DNA from: an uncultured Verrucomicrobiae bacterium
Lineage (GTDB): Bacteria; Verrucomicrobiota; Verrucomicrobiia; Chthoniobacterales; JAFAMB01
Length of the DNA stretch: 64,000 nt
Assembly (NCBI GenBank): GCA_963782115.1
Contig: CAWAIK010000001.1
Location: 512,001 to 576,000, forward strand
Reading direction: 5' to 3'
Both the position numbers and the translations under genes were made by a program. Shown piece by piece: positions 20,874-30,247 of this stretch. Numbering within the stretch: the first letter of the stretch is position 1; every line of letters begins with the position of its first letter. Under the pieces are notes generated by a model. It did not search any database. It was not told where the DNA came from and saw only the letters and a list, made by a program, of their open reading frames with translations.

Positions 20874-22793
20874 CCCATCTTCGACAGTCAGCGGCGATTT
20901 CTTTTAGGACGATGTAGTCCTGGAGCGGCTTCGCGGGCGATCCAGGTGCCGGGACCCCAAAAATGTAGTGCAATTTCTTTACCAAAATTCTTTTCCATAT
21001 TGCTTTAGTCCAAGATCTATGGTTGCTAGCTGTAGAGCTAAACAGCGACCATGTTTTTTCGTAGCAAGCCAGTCGGTTCCTATCGTTATCTCCAGATCGT
21101 ACATAGCGTGCGCGAGGGCAAAAAGGTCCGCCAACAAGTGATCGCCACCCTGGGCCGATTAGACCTCTTAGAGGCCAGCGGACAGTTGGAGCGCTTGATG
21201 CGCTCAGGGCTGCGCCATTGCGAAAGTTTTGCGGTCCTTGATGCCCATGCGGCTGGAGAGATCGAACCGGTGGCGATTCGTCGGATCGGGCCGGACCTGG
21301 TCTTTGCGCGGCTCTGGAAGGAAAGCGGGATCTCCGACGTGCTGCGCTCTTTACTAAAGGAACGTGAGTACGAGTTTGATGTCGAACGAGCTATCTATCT
21401 GACCGTTTTGCACCGTCTGTTTGCCAGCGGCAGTGATCGGGCGGCTGAACGTTGGCGGGAAGATTATCTCATCCCTGGAACTGAAGGCCTTGAACTGCAT
21501 CACCTTTACCGGGCGATGGCGTTTTTGGGCGACTCCATCGAGCCGCTTGAGAAACCGACCGGGGCGGTTCGCTGCACCAAAGACCTCGTGGAGGAGGCCC
21601 TCTTTGAGCGCCGACGGGATCTCTTTACCGAAGTGGAGTTAGTCTTTTTCGACACCACTTCGCTCTACTTTGAAGGCCAGGGAGGAGAGATCGGCAAACG
21701 CGGTCACAATAAAGATCACCGACCCGATCTCAAGCAAATGGTGGTCGGCATGGGCGTGGATGTGGAGGGTCGCCCGATTTGTTGTGAGATGTGGCCGGGC
21801 AACACGGCTGACGTCACGACCCTTGTGCCGATCGTCCAGCGAATGCGGCAACGTTTCGGGCTGCGGGGAATAACGGTGGTGGCCGATCGCGGGATGGTAA
21901 GCAAAGCAACGTTGGAAGCATTTGAAAGCAGCGATCCGCCTGTACGCTACATCGTTGGGGTACGGATGCGCCGCCAGAAGGAAGTTAGTCTGTCGGTGCT
22001 CGGCAGCCGGAAGCGGTGGTTCGAGAGTGTTCCGGAGCGCCGCCATGCCAAGGATCCCTCACCGCTCAAAATCAAGGAAGTCTGGGTCGAGGACCGTCGT
22101 TATGTCGTCTGTTTAAATGAGGAAGAGCGCCGCAAAGATGTTTACGATCGGGAGGCCATTGTCGCACACTTGAAGGAGCAACTTCGGTCTGGAGACAAGA
22201 GTTTGGTCGCTAACAAAGGTTACCGTCGCTATTTGAAAGTCCAGGGGATAATCGTTTCGCGATTGATGAAGAACAGATCAAAGCCGAAGCGCGCTATGAC
22301 GGGCTCTGGGTGCTGCGCACCAACACCGTCTACAACGCTGAGACGGTCGCTCACGTCTACAAGGCACTCTGGACGGTCGAGGATATCTTCCGGACAAGCA
22401 AATCGATTATGGACACCCGTCCCATCTACCACAGGTGTAACGAGACCATTCGTGGCCATGTGTTCTGCAGCTTCCTAGCATTGCTACTCAAAACCGAACT
22501 GGAGCGGCGCATGAAGTTCGCTGACTTACAGTGTGAATGGTCGCAGGTGCTTCGTGGCCTTGAGGGGTTGCAGCAGGTCGAAGCGACTTTTCAGGACAAA
22601 CACTTTCTTCTGCGCAGTCAGCTTACCGGTGAGGCTTCCGCGGCTTTGCGGGCCACCGGCATCGCCGCGCCGCCCACTCTGCGCGAGTTGCCCTAACCGG
22701 CCGCGTGGGCGAAAATGTAGTGCCAAAGCGTTTTGGCACTTTTATAAGTCTCTATTTTCGAGACACTTACATTTTCGAGGTGTTGAAGACCGG
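20874..22793 (+). mobile_element. IS1634-family insertion sequence
   Basis: Imperfect terminal IRs CCCATCTTCGACA and TGTTGAAGACCGG; subterminal direct repeat AAAATGTAGTGC at 20960 and 22712. Confidence 0.75.
21051..22696 (+). pseudogene. IS1634-family DDE transposase with one frameshift (G-run 22244-22247)
   Basis: FFDTTSLYFEG, RGHNKDHRPDLKQ, VVADRGM, then YDGLWVLRTN...YKALWTVEDIFR...RPIYH in the next frame. Confidence 0.88.
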
Positions 22794-22952
22794 CTTGAGG
22801 AAGTTTTGGGCTCGGGCACACCGAAATCGAAAACCACCGGTTTCTCTAGCTGAGAGCGGCGGCGCCGGCCTGGTAAAGGCGAAGCTGTTTTGGCAGCTTT
22901 TTGGCGTTAGCTGGTAGCCGGTGCTCCGCTCCGTAAATCTGGCCGCTGCTCG

Positions 22953-23877
22953 TTACACCGGTCGCAAAAAGTAGTCGTTTATATGCTCCTCGCGCAAAGG
23001 GCGTGTGCAGATACGCGACAACATCAACGAGACTACGCCTATGACGCGTGCAAAGACCTGAGCGGGGTCAAAAAGGTCTTTGTTGGATGCTTGTGAAGTC
23101 GGTCGGCCCAGATAATACCAGCGTGGGGGCCCGAAGAACATCCGATAAAATGGGGACCCGGTAGACTGAAAATCATCCGACGTTAGCTTCTCCCACGTCC
23201 GTGTCTCAGGCCGAGCGGTGTGCGAATAATAGTTGAAGTTATCTTGTCCTGGGTTGTGAATCCCTGGAAGTAACGCATGGCCGTCAACCGTCCAAATGAA
23301 ATCGACGAGACTATCCGAGGCATTGATCGCCGACCTAACGACCTCTGGCATTTGGTCAATTCCGTTTTGTAGGGCTATGACGCCAATCAACGGTTTATCG
23401 CTTGAGTAGTTGTGACCGACCCCAGCAGCAACGTTAAACATGTTAAGGGTTTTGTCCGTTTTAAGCGTACAGTTTTGACCGAGGGAATTGATGACGGATG
23501 CTAGGTGGCTAAATACTCCTTTGGAGCTGCTTTCGATGTTTTGTTTGGTGAGAGTCCGCTTGACCTCAATTATGCCAGCTATCGATTCATAGGCAAGGGC
23601 GGTGCATTTCCGCTGACAATCAAGATATCGCATTGCGGCAGGTTTTCTTCCCCACGCATTAACTCAGGAGTTGCAATAAAACCGCTCGTTATCCGGAAGT
23701 GGCCAGGAACGATAAACCTTTGAAGTGTCTGGCGAACGAACTGTTCACAAATCCAGCCGCTTGTTTTCAGTTCACCATCCAATCCCCCTCTTGCTTCTGC
23801 AAGAGCAAGGCTGACTCCCGAAGAGTTGTGGTGAGCTTAGATAGATACAACTCGTGTAGTTCCTTAATTGTAGGCAT
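22953..23877 (-). pseudogene. DUF6602-like PD-(D/E)XK nuclease domain protein, two frame breaks
   Basis: GWICEQFVRQTL...ITSGFI...PQCDILI, then YESIAGIIEVKRTL; ATG at 23877 is in a third frame. Confidence 0.65.
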
Positions 23878-23964
23878 TGCTCTAAACTAAACTTGCTTTG
23901 TTTCGGCCATTATCGCAAAATTGCGACGATGGCATCGATCGCCTTTTGTGAGTGTCTGGCAGAT

Positions 23965-24214
23965 TCAACGAGGGAATATCGACGGGCCCGTTGTGATTGT
24001 GCAAGTGTGCAGCCACTCCTCGGTGGTTGGTTTTTTCCAGCCTTCCCAGAGGCCTGCAAAAGCAAAGGGTGAATCGTTTTTCATCCCGCGTCCACTGAGA
24101 TCTAACTCGAGTGCTCCGGTCCTTTCCGCTTCCCGGATACGGCGCAGGGCTTCCTCATAGGCTTCCGCTTGCCTGGTACGGCCGGCTTCCTCAGGCTTCT
24201 TCCTCCGGAGTCAT
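23965..24214 (-). pseudogene. Chimera: Roco leader peptide copy fused to an SRAP fragment
   Basis: MTPEEEA* then EAYEEALRRIREAERTGALELDLSG running in frame into MKNDSPFAFAGLWEGWKKPTTEEWLHTCTITTG. Confidence 0.75.
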
Positions 24215-24250
24215 AAATGTGAATAGCCCTTCTATCCTAACAGGGCTTGC

Positions 24251-24535
24251 TCAGGGCTTTCGAATGTAAAAATCCTTGTAACTCTGTCCGACCGCCAGGC
24301 TGGCATTTGGACCGAGGAGTTTATGTCCGAGAATTTGTGCGAGGAAGATATCGTCGGTCTGGTTCTGGGGTTTGAAGCGGTGGCAACAGATGGCGCCGTA
24401 GGCGCTGCGGCTTCCGCCGAGGCGAAGTGCTTGAGGTCCCGCAGCCGCTTGAGTGCTTGGATGATGAATTTGGGATTCTCGACCAGAACGGAATTGGGGG
24501 TAGGCCTCGAGGCTGAGCCGGGAGCGTGACGACTC
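24251..24535 (-). pseudogene. Protelomerase (telomere resolvase)-like 3' remnant, copy 2, internally deleted
   Basis: VLVENPKFIIQALKRLRDL, then RSAYGAICCHRFKPQNQTDDIFLAQILGHKLLGPNASLAVGQSYKDFYI. Confidence 0.6.
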
Positions 24536-25526
24536 AAGCCGGCATCCGGGCTGCATTGACGTAAATGCGAACGAACTCTGCTAAATAAATGGCCGACAGA
24601 TCGGAAGCGTATGCGTGATATGAGTCGTCCTTTTCGGGGTCAGCGTAATCGCAGACTCCTTTGACCACCAGAGAACGGGTTCGGGAAAAGTCGGCTACTG
24701 CGCGATAGAATGCGTAACCTTCCATTTCAACGGCCCACGCGGTTCGAACTGGTCGCTGAACACGCTCGAACGGACGATCGCTACGAACCATACCGCCAGA
24801 CGCCATCGCTGCGACATGAACCTTAGGTTTTGTTGGATCGCGGAACGGAAATACTCGACTGAACTTCAGCTTTCGCACTCGGTCCTCATCCCGCAAGGCA
24901 AGATCTGATGTCAGTTCTGGCGTTTCGCCAGCCTGAAGCTCGGAAACAAGATCCCGCCAAGCGGGCGCGAAGCGATCCAGTTCTCGCTCATCAAGAGCAT
25001 CGATTCGTGGGGTGCGGTCATCAAGCAGGGCGTTAAGCAACCAGTCACGCTGTTGACGTTTGGATATGGGTCGTTCTAAGCGGTCTGCTTCTTCTGCCCA
25101 TTCCCTAAAGTTAGCGACAAATTGAAGTGTGCTTTGATCAGGTCCTTTCGTGTCGGTATCTGGCAAATGTCCGTCCGCGCCCAACACCATTTTGCCGCTG
25201 TCGTATTTGAAAGCCTTATTCGCCACAACCAAGTCACCGAGTTTAACCTTTTTCGGGTCTCCGGCACAAATACCGGTCATCCCGGCAAAGCGAGGTCGAA
25301 ACTCATTGAGTACGGCAGAGGTATGCAGACTGATTTCCTCAGGGCCGTTTCCCGCCGGCCACGATAGGTGAATTCTTAGATGTTCTTTCGCGTCATTGGT
25401 GATGGTTGCGTAATTGTATTGCCTGTTTGAGCGCGTGAACCTAGCCTTGAACTCCACGCCAAAGCGCTTTGAAAATACTTTGACAGCAGCTTCTCCTTCC
25501 TCTCGCATTGCACAGATGATGCACAC
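24534..25526 (-). CDS. Nucleoside phosphorylase/MTA-SAH nucleosidase (PNP_UDP_1) domain, probably the C-terminal domain of the Roco-TIR protein
   Basis: DVCIICAMREE, MTGICAG, KLGDLVVA, YDSGK, MASG, AVEMEGYAF, VVKGVCDYADPEKDD. Confidence 0.85.
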   Translation of the reverse strand: MCIICAMREEGEAAVKVFSKRFGVEFKARFTRSNRQYNYATITNDAKEHLRIHLSWPAGNGPEEISLHTSAVLNEFRPRFAGMTGICAGDPKKVKLGDLVVANKAFKYDSGKMVLGADGHLPDTDTKGPDQSTLQFVANFREWAEEADRLERPISKRQQRDWLLNALLDDRTPRIDALDERELDRFAPAWRDLVSELQAGETPELTSDLALRDEDRVRKLKFSRVFPFRDPTKPKVHVAAMASGGMVRSDRPFERVQRPVRTAWAVEMEGYAFYRAVADFSRTRSLVVKGVCDYADPEKDDSYHAYASDLSAIYLAEFVRIYVNAARMPA

Positions 25527-26575
25527 GTCGTGAGACGAGGGATTGGTTTCCTACGATTTCGAAACTTTTTTCGTGAAGGCCGTCGATTCCATCAGGGCTG
25601 GTCGCCACCGCGCTTCGCGACATATCCTCGGATAGCTGACGTCGCTGTAAAATCTGACGCAACCCGGCGAAATTGTCCTTCACCATTTCTTCGAACCCGC
25701 GCGGGGCTAGAACATCGTTCACATAGGCGAGCATATCGCCGATCCGGTTGTGCCACTCCTGCATCGCCTTGTAGAGCCGGAAATCTGCCTCCCCGAGATC
25801 CTTGAAGCGCTGCTCCATCTCCTCGAAATCCGCTCGCCAGTGCGTAGTGTAGACGAGTCGATCGCGCCAAGTGCCGAAACGAGCATCGGCGAGCACTAGC
25901 GGGATGATCCGGCGCAAGAAGTCCTCTTTTTCTCCAAGCGATCGTTGGTAGATGGAATACAGCTCGGTCATGCAATAAGGCGAGCGAAGGTATTTATCGC
26001 TGAGCACAACGATCACGTGATCGGCAAGCCCAATGCGTTTCATGAAACCCGAGATCAGATCGCCTGAGCGAAGCGCGTTGCTGTCGCGGATGATATTCCA
26101 GCCGTCCTGTCCGAACGTCTCGCAGAGCCGATCAACGATTTCCTCGCGCTTTCGTGCGTCTGCTGAAGAATCATCGCCCCATGCGTAGGAAACGAAAATC
26201 TCGGGGGTGTTTTTGGGAGGAAGCTCCGGTCGGTCCGTGATTTGTAGTTGGCTCAGACCATCGGCTTTGTCGCCAAGGTCCGCGTCGCCGTGCGATGAAG
26301 AAACTGCGTCACCGATCGGCGAGTTTCGAACGAGGCGGGGCACGACCGAGGCGGAAGATGAAGAGACTGCATGGACACGGAATCTTTTGGTCTGCTCAAT
26401 CTTGGGTGCCTGACCGACCGGCAGTTTTCGGAGTGCCTCAAGCAGTGGGTCTATCAAGCTTTCGGCATTCTCACCCCATGCGCGAAACCGGATGGTGCCC
26501 GCACCGGTCTCGCTCTCAGCGTTATCCCACTTGCTCTCGATCAATACCTGGCTGCGTGTCTTCTGCTCGATAAAA
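25441..26575 (-). CDS. COR C-terminus plus TIR domain (frameshifted continuation of Roco)
   Basis: EIFVSYAWGDD, IIRDSNALRSGDLISGFMKRIGLADHVIVVLSDKYLRSPYCMTEL (catalytic Glu present), RIIPLVL. Confidence 0.85.
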
Positions 26576-28846
26576 CCAACAGCCATACTTCCAGTAAATG
26601 GCCGCATCCTTGGCGTGCTCACCGAGTTTGGAGAGGTAACCACGCAGTATGCCTTCGTGGAGAAAAGCGTAGCGCGCAGTTGCCTCCGCGTCCGGAGCAT
26701 CATCGCGCAGCCGACCTAAAAGCTGTTCCTGGGCGTCGGACCATGTCGGGAGAAGTTCCGGCGCTATGTATTCCCATTCGTCATCGGAAAGTTTTCGCAA
26801 CTTAAAGCAGATGCCGCAGCTCTCCATCATGCCGAGAAAGACTTTCTGTTCCTCGGGCGTGTAGCTAGACCAGATGAGCAGCTCAAGATCCTCCCGGCTA
26901 AAACGTCCGTGGAGTTTCTTGAGTTGTTTAAAGCATTTGTACCGATGGAATATCGAATAGATCGCCTCCATCGCCCAATTCTGGTCGAGAATGATGCGGC
27001 CGCCGAAAAGCCCTGGCCGGTAAAGGATGACGCCGTTGTGGTGCAAGAAATCAAGCAGGGCGTCTTTGTCGCTAATCCCACCCACGTCGTCGCAAAGGCC
27101 GTCAAACTCGGTGCGTTCCAGTAAACGGTGTTGGCGTTTGGCAGGTTCGCGCTTCTGGTCCTCTTCGAGCATCTGTCGCAGCCGGTCGCGCACTGCCACG
27201 CGGCCCACACCAATAGGCGGCGGTGGGCGTCTCTCGAAGCGATCGCGCACGGATTCTTCGATGGCCGCCTTGACCAAGTTCAACCCCAACCCGGTCTTGG
27301 CGCTCACCTCTAGCCATCGTAGGAAGAAAAAATCGTTCACTTTTACGGGAGGATGCGAGGCTCGATCGCAAGCGGAATCGCATTGGCTTTGTACGATGAG
27401 TACGAAAGCATCTGTTCCGGCAAAGGCGCGAAGGTAATCAAGCCAGTAGGCAAGCGGTCGCCTCCGGAATGTCAGGTCGCCTTCGGAGTCTGTACCTGCT
27501 TCATGCGCAGGCGTCCAAAGAATGAGGAAGACGGCCTGACCTTGGAGAAAAAGTGAGTGCGACCCATAGTAGATTTCCTGGCCGCCAAAGTCCCAGAAAT
27601 TCAGCCGCACTGGTTCCGGGAAACCTTCGAGTGAGAGGGGCATATCGGTTAGCTGTATACCGTGAGTGCTGAAGACGTTCTTTTCGTCGAATGTCTCCCC
27701 GCGCAGTCGGCGGCACAGTTGCGTCTTGCCGACCCCGCCGTTGCCGAGAAACAAGACCTTGACCTCCGCGTCGATCCGTGGTCCGGACTTAAGGTCCTCG
27801 TAGTGAGCGCGAACTTTATCTAAGACATTTTGACCCCATTCCTTGCCGCAGACTTCAGGGGGGAGGTCCTCAAGCTTGCAGCCAAACAGGCGGAGTTCTT
27901 TCAAGGTGGGCAGCAAGGATTCGAGCGGAGCAAACCGGCGAACTCCGAGGCAGTCGTTCAGGTAGAGCTTTTGGAGCGAGGTGAGGCCCGCCAGCAGGGA
28001 AAGATCGCTGAGCTGCTCACACCTGAAGAGGTTGAGCGTCTGGAGCGAACTCAGACTTGCCAGCGGGGACAGGTCGCCGCTGAGCTGCTCGCACAGGGCG
28101 AGGTTGAGCGATTGGAGCGAGGTCAGGCCTGCCAGCGGTGAAAGATCGCGGAGCTGCCTGCACTTGGAGAGGTTGAGGTCTTGGAGCGAGGTGAGGCTTG
28201 TCAAGGGGTTCAGGTCGCCGAACTTCCAACACCCTGAGAGGCTGAGCGAATGGAGCGAAGTGAGGTGTGGCAGTGGGGACAAGTCGCCGCAGAGCTGCCT
28301 GCACTCAGAGAGGTCGAGCGATCGGAGCGAGGTGAGGCCTGCCAGTGGGGACAGGTCGCCACTGAGCTGCTCGCACTCATTGAGGAAGAGCGATTGGAGC
28401 GAGGTGAGGCCAGCCAGCGGGGAAAGATCGCCGCCGAGCTGCTTGCACCAAGAGAGGTCGAGCGATCGGAGCGAGGTGAGGCCCGCCAGTGGGGAGAGAT
28501 CGCCGCTGAGCTGCTCGCACCAAGAGAGGTCGAGCGATCGGAGCGAGGTGAGGCCCGCCAGTGGGGAGAGATCGCCGCTGAGCTGCCCGCACGAGCGGAG
28601 GTCGAGCTCTTGGAGCGAGGCGAGGCCGGCCAGCGGGGAAAGATTGCGAAGCTGCCTGCACGCGGAAAGGTTGAGCGATTGGAGCGAGGTGAGGCGTTCC
28701 AACTCTGGCGGAAGTCGAGTTAATGTTTCAAGTCCAGTGAGCTTCCATTCGCTGTCCATTCCCGTGAGATCTAATTTCAGTGCTCCGGTCTTTTCCGCTT
28801 CGCGGATACGACGCAGGGCTTTCTCGTAGGCTTCTTCCGGAGTCAT
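26522..28846 (-). CDS. Roco protein: LRR array, Roc GTPase and COR
   Basis: KVLFLGNGGVGKT (G1), STHGI (G2), FWDFGGQEIY (G3), LAYWLDYL, QSQCD, VSAKTG, LDFLHHNGVI (COR). Confidence 0.92.
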   Translation of the reverse strand: MTPEEAYEKALRRIREAEKTGALKLDLTGMDSEWKLTGLETLTRLPPELERLTSLQSLNLSACRQLRNLSPLAGLASLQELDLRSCGQLSGDLSPLAGLTSLRSLDLSWCEQLSGDLSPLAGLTSLRSLDLSWCKQLGGDLSPLAGLTSLQSLFLNECEQLSGDLSPLAGLTSLRSLDLSECRQLCGDLSPLPHLTSLHSLSLSGCWKFGDLNPLTSLTSLQDLNLSKCRQLRDLSPLAGLTSLQSLNLALCEQLSGDLSPLASLSSLQTLNLFRCEQLSDLSLLAGLTSLQKLYLNDCLGVRRFAPLESLLPTLKELRLFGCKLEDLPPEVCGKEWGQNVLDKVRAHYEDLKSGPRIDAEVKVLFLGNGGVGKTQLCRRLRGETFDEKNVFSTHGIQLTDMPLSLEGFPEPVRLNFWDFGGQEIYYGSHSLFLQGQAVFLILWTPAHEAGTDSEGDLTFRRRPLAYWLDYLRAFAGTDAFVLIVQSQCDSACDRASHPPVKVNDFFFLRWLEVSAKTGLGLNLVKAAIEESVRDRFERRPPPPIGVGRVAVRDRLRQMLEEDQKREPAKRQHRLLERTEFDGLCDDVGGISDKDALLDFLHHNGVILYRPGLFGGRIILDQNWAMEAIYSIFHRYKCFKQLKKLHGRFSREDLELLIWSSYTPEEQKVFLGMMESCGICFKLRKLSDDEWEYIAPELLPTWSDAQEQLLGRLRDDAPDAEATARYAFLHEGILRGYLSKLGEHAKDAAIYWKYGCWFYRAEDTQPGIDREQVG
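27870..28705 (-). repeat. Intragenic tandem LRR array, about 11-12 units of 69-72 bp
   Basis: Consensus LSPLAGLTSLxSLxLxxCxQLSGD; adjacent units near-identical in DNA (e.g. 28450-28585). Confidence 0.9.
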
Positions 28847-28880
28847 AAGTGGAATAACCCTTCTATCCTAACAGGGTGGC

Positions 28881-29108
28881 TCACGTCTTTCGAATGTAAA
28901 AATCCTTATAACTCTGCCCGACCGACAAACTGGCATTTGGCCCCAGTAGTTTATGACCAAGGATTTGAGCGAGAAAGATATCGTCGGTGATGTTTTTGGG
29001 TTTGAACCTGTGGCAACAGATGGCGCCGTAGGCGCTGCGGAGGCAGCCTGGTTTCCCGGGTTTGTCCAGAGAGCCGAAGGCGTGGGAAATGTACTTGGGG
29101 AGCTGAGG
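28881..29108 (-). pseudogene. Protelomerase-like 3' remnant, copy 1
   Basis: LRSAYGAICCHRFKPKNITDDIFLAQILGHKLLGPNASLSVGQSYKDFYI; stop is about 35 bp upstream of the Roco ATG. Confidence 0.6.
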
Positions 29109-29180
29109 GAGCTTGGTCGTCCGACTGTCGGCATGGCCAGCGATCCGCTGGGCCACTTCTAGGGTTCCTCCGTTCTCCGT
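29109..29180 (-). pseudogene. Xer-like tyrosine recombinase C-terminal scrap
   Basis: ENGGTLEVAQRIAGHADSRTTKL, cut just before the catalytic Tyr and fused in frame to the protelomerase remnant. Confidence 0.6.
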
Positions 29181-29256
29181 TTCAGAAGATTGGCTCCATC
29201 AATCCTGCTCATTGGCCGAGAAAGGGATGGATCTCAACCTGAGGGTCAAAGTGCTC

Positions 29257-29567
29257 TTACGACAATGGCTGTGAATTCGGGACGGATAATACGAGCTTGC
29301 CCTCTGTCTTTCGAGTTTCCAGGAGCTCATGGGCTTGTGCAGCTTGAGCCATCGGCAGCACGCGGCCGATATTCAATTTCAGCCAGCCCGCTCGTATTCC
29401 CGCGACGACATCGTTCGCTCGCCGCATCAGCTCCTCGTTACGAAGTTCACACCCGCAGCTACGACGCGCACCACCGCTTGGCCTGGGCCCGGTGCCTCGA
29501 TGGGCGCGATATCCACGAGTTTCAGCACTTCGGGTCCGCCTTGTTTTTCCACTCGAATGGCTTTCAT
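29257..29567 (-). pseudogene. Quinone oxidoreductase with internal deletion
   Basis: MKAIRVEKQGGPEVL...AAGVNF joined out of frame to EELMRRA...AAQAHELLETRKTEGKLVL. Confidence 0.75.
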
Positions 29568-29700
29568 AACATGCCTCCTTTCGCCGCCGCGTGCGAGCCG
29601 GGAGTCGGCCAGGAACAGGCTCAACGACTAGAGAACGCGAAACAGTTGGTTCAACAGTACAAATATGATCATTTTGCATCGGGTCCAATGCTTAATCCTT

Positions 29701-29880
29701 ATGAACGCCCAAGAAGCTCAGACTCTCCAACTGCATGAGATGGTCGTCTGGACCCCGGATGGGATGAGGGGTGAAGTGATTGTGAAGGACGGTTCTGGCG
29801 TCAAAATCCGCTGGGAAGACGGCCAGTTCGGCTACTATCAATTTACCGACCTGCTGTCTCAAATCGAAAGGTTACCGTGA
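29701..29880 (+). CDS. Small hypothetical protein (SH3-like pattern)
   Basis: VVWTPDGMRGEVIVKDGSGVKIRWEDG. Confidence 0.35.
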   Translation: MNAQEAQTLQLHEMVVWTPDGMRGEVIVKDGSGVKIRWEDGQFGYYQFTDLLSQIERLP

Positions 29881-30247
29881 GTGAAGCACCAAGAACCAAA
29901 ACCCGAGGACGTGGTGAAGCAGGCTCAGGAGAAAGAACCGAGCTTTCTGAGAAGAACGAGAGATGCCTATTTTTAAATCATAGTGGTACCCGTTTGAGCC
30001 GACGATTCAAAATCCCGACCCGCGACTATCTTTGCTCGATCTTGCCGACTACTGCAATCGCAGAGCCCGAGCAGCCGCAGGAATAAACCAATGGCTCCGC
30101 ACCGAGCGGTCTGGTAGCCGCCATAGCGGAAAGCGTGAGCGCGAGAGGAAGGCGAAGGCTTTAGAGCTGGCTGGCACTCCGTCGGCTTTAGTGAGCATCG
30201 GGAGGCGTGGATGTCGACGCGAAACCGTGCGGGCGTCGCGGGTACGT

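Noticed and set aside
27870..28705. Possible CRISPR array or DGR variable region
   Set aside because: The repeats are contiguous in-frame 69-72 bp coding units without unique spacers; no cas or reverse transcriptase gene is seen in the window.
27830..28829. Long repetitive + strand ORFs (e.g. 27981-28829, 28250-28723)
   Set aside because: Antisense shadows of the LRR array; the minus frame has the canonical LRR and Roc motifs.
24251..29260. Functional protelomerase or hairpin telomere site
   Set aside because: Only 3' remnants remain, and I found no long perfect palindrome nearby.
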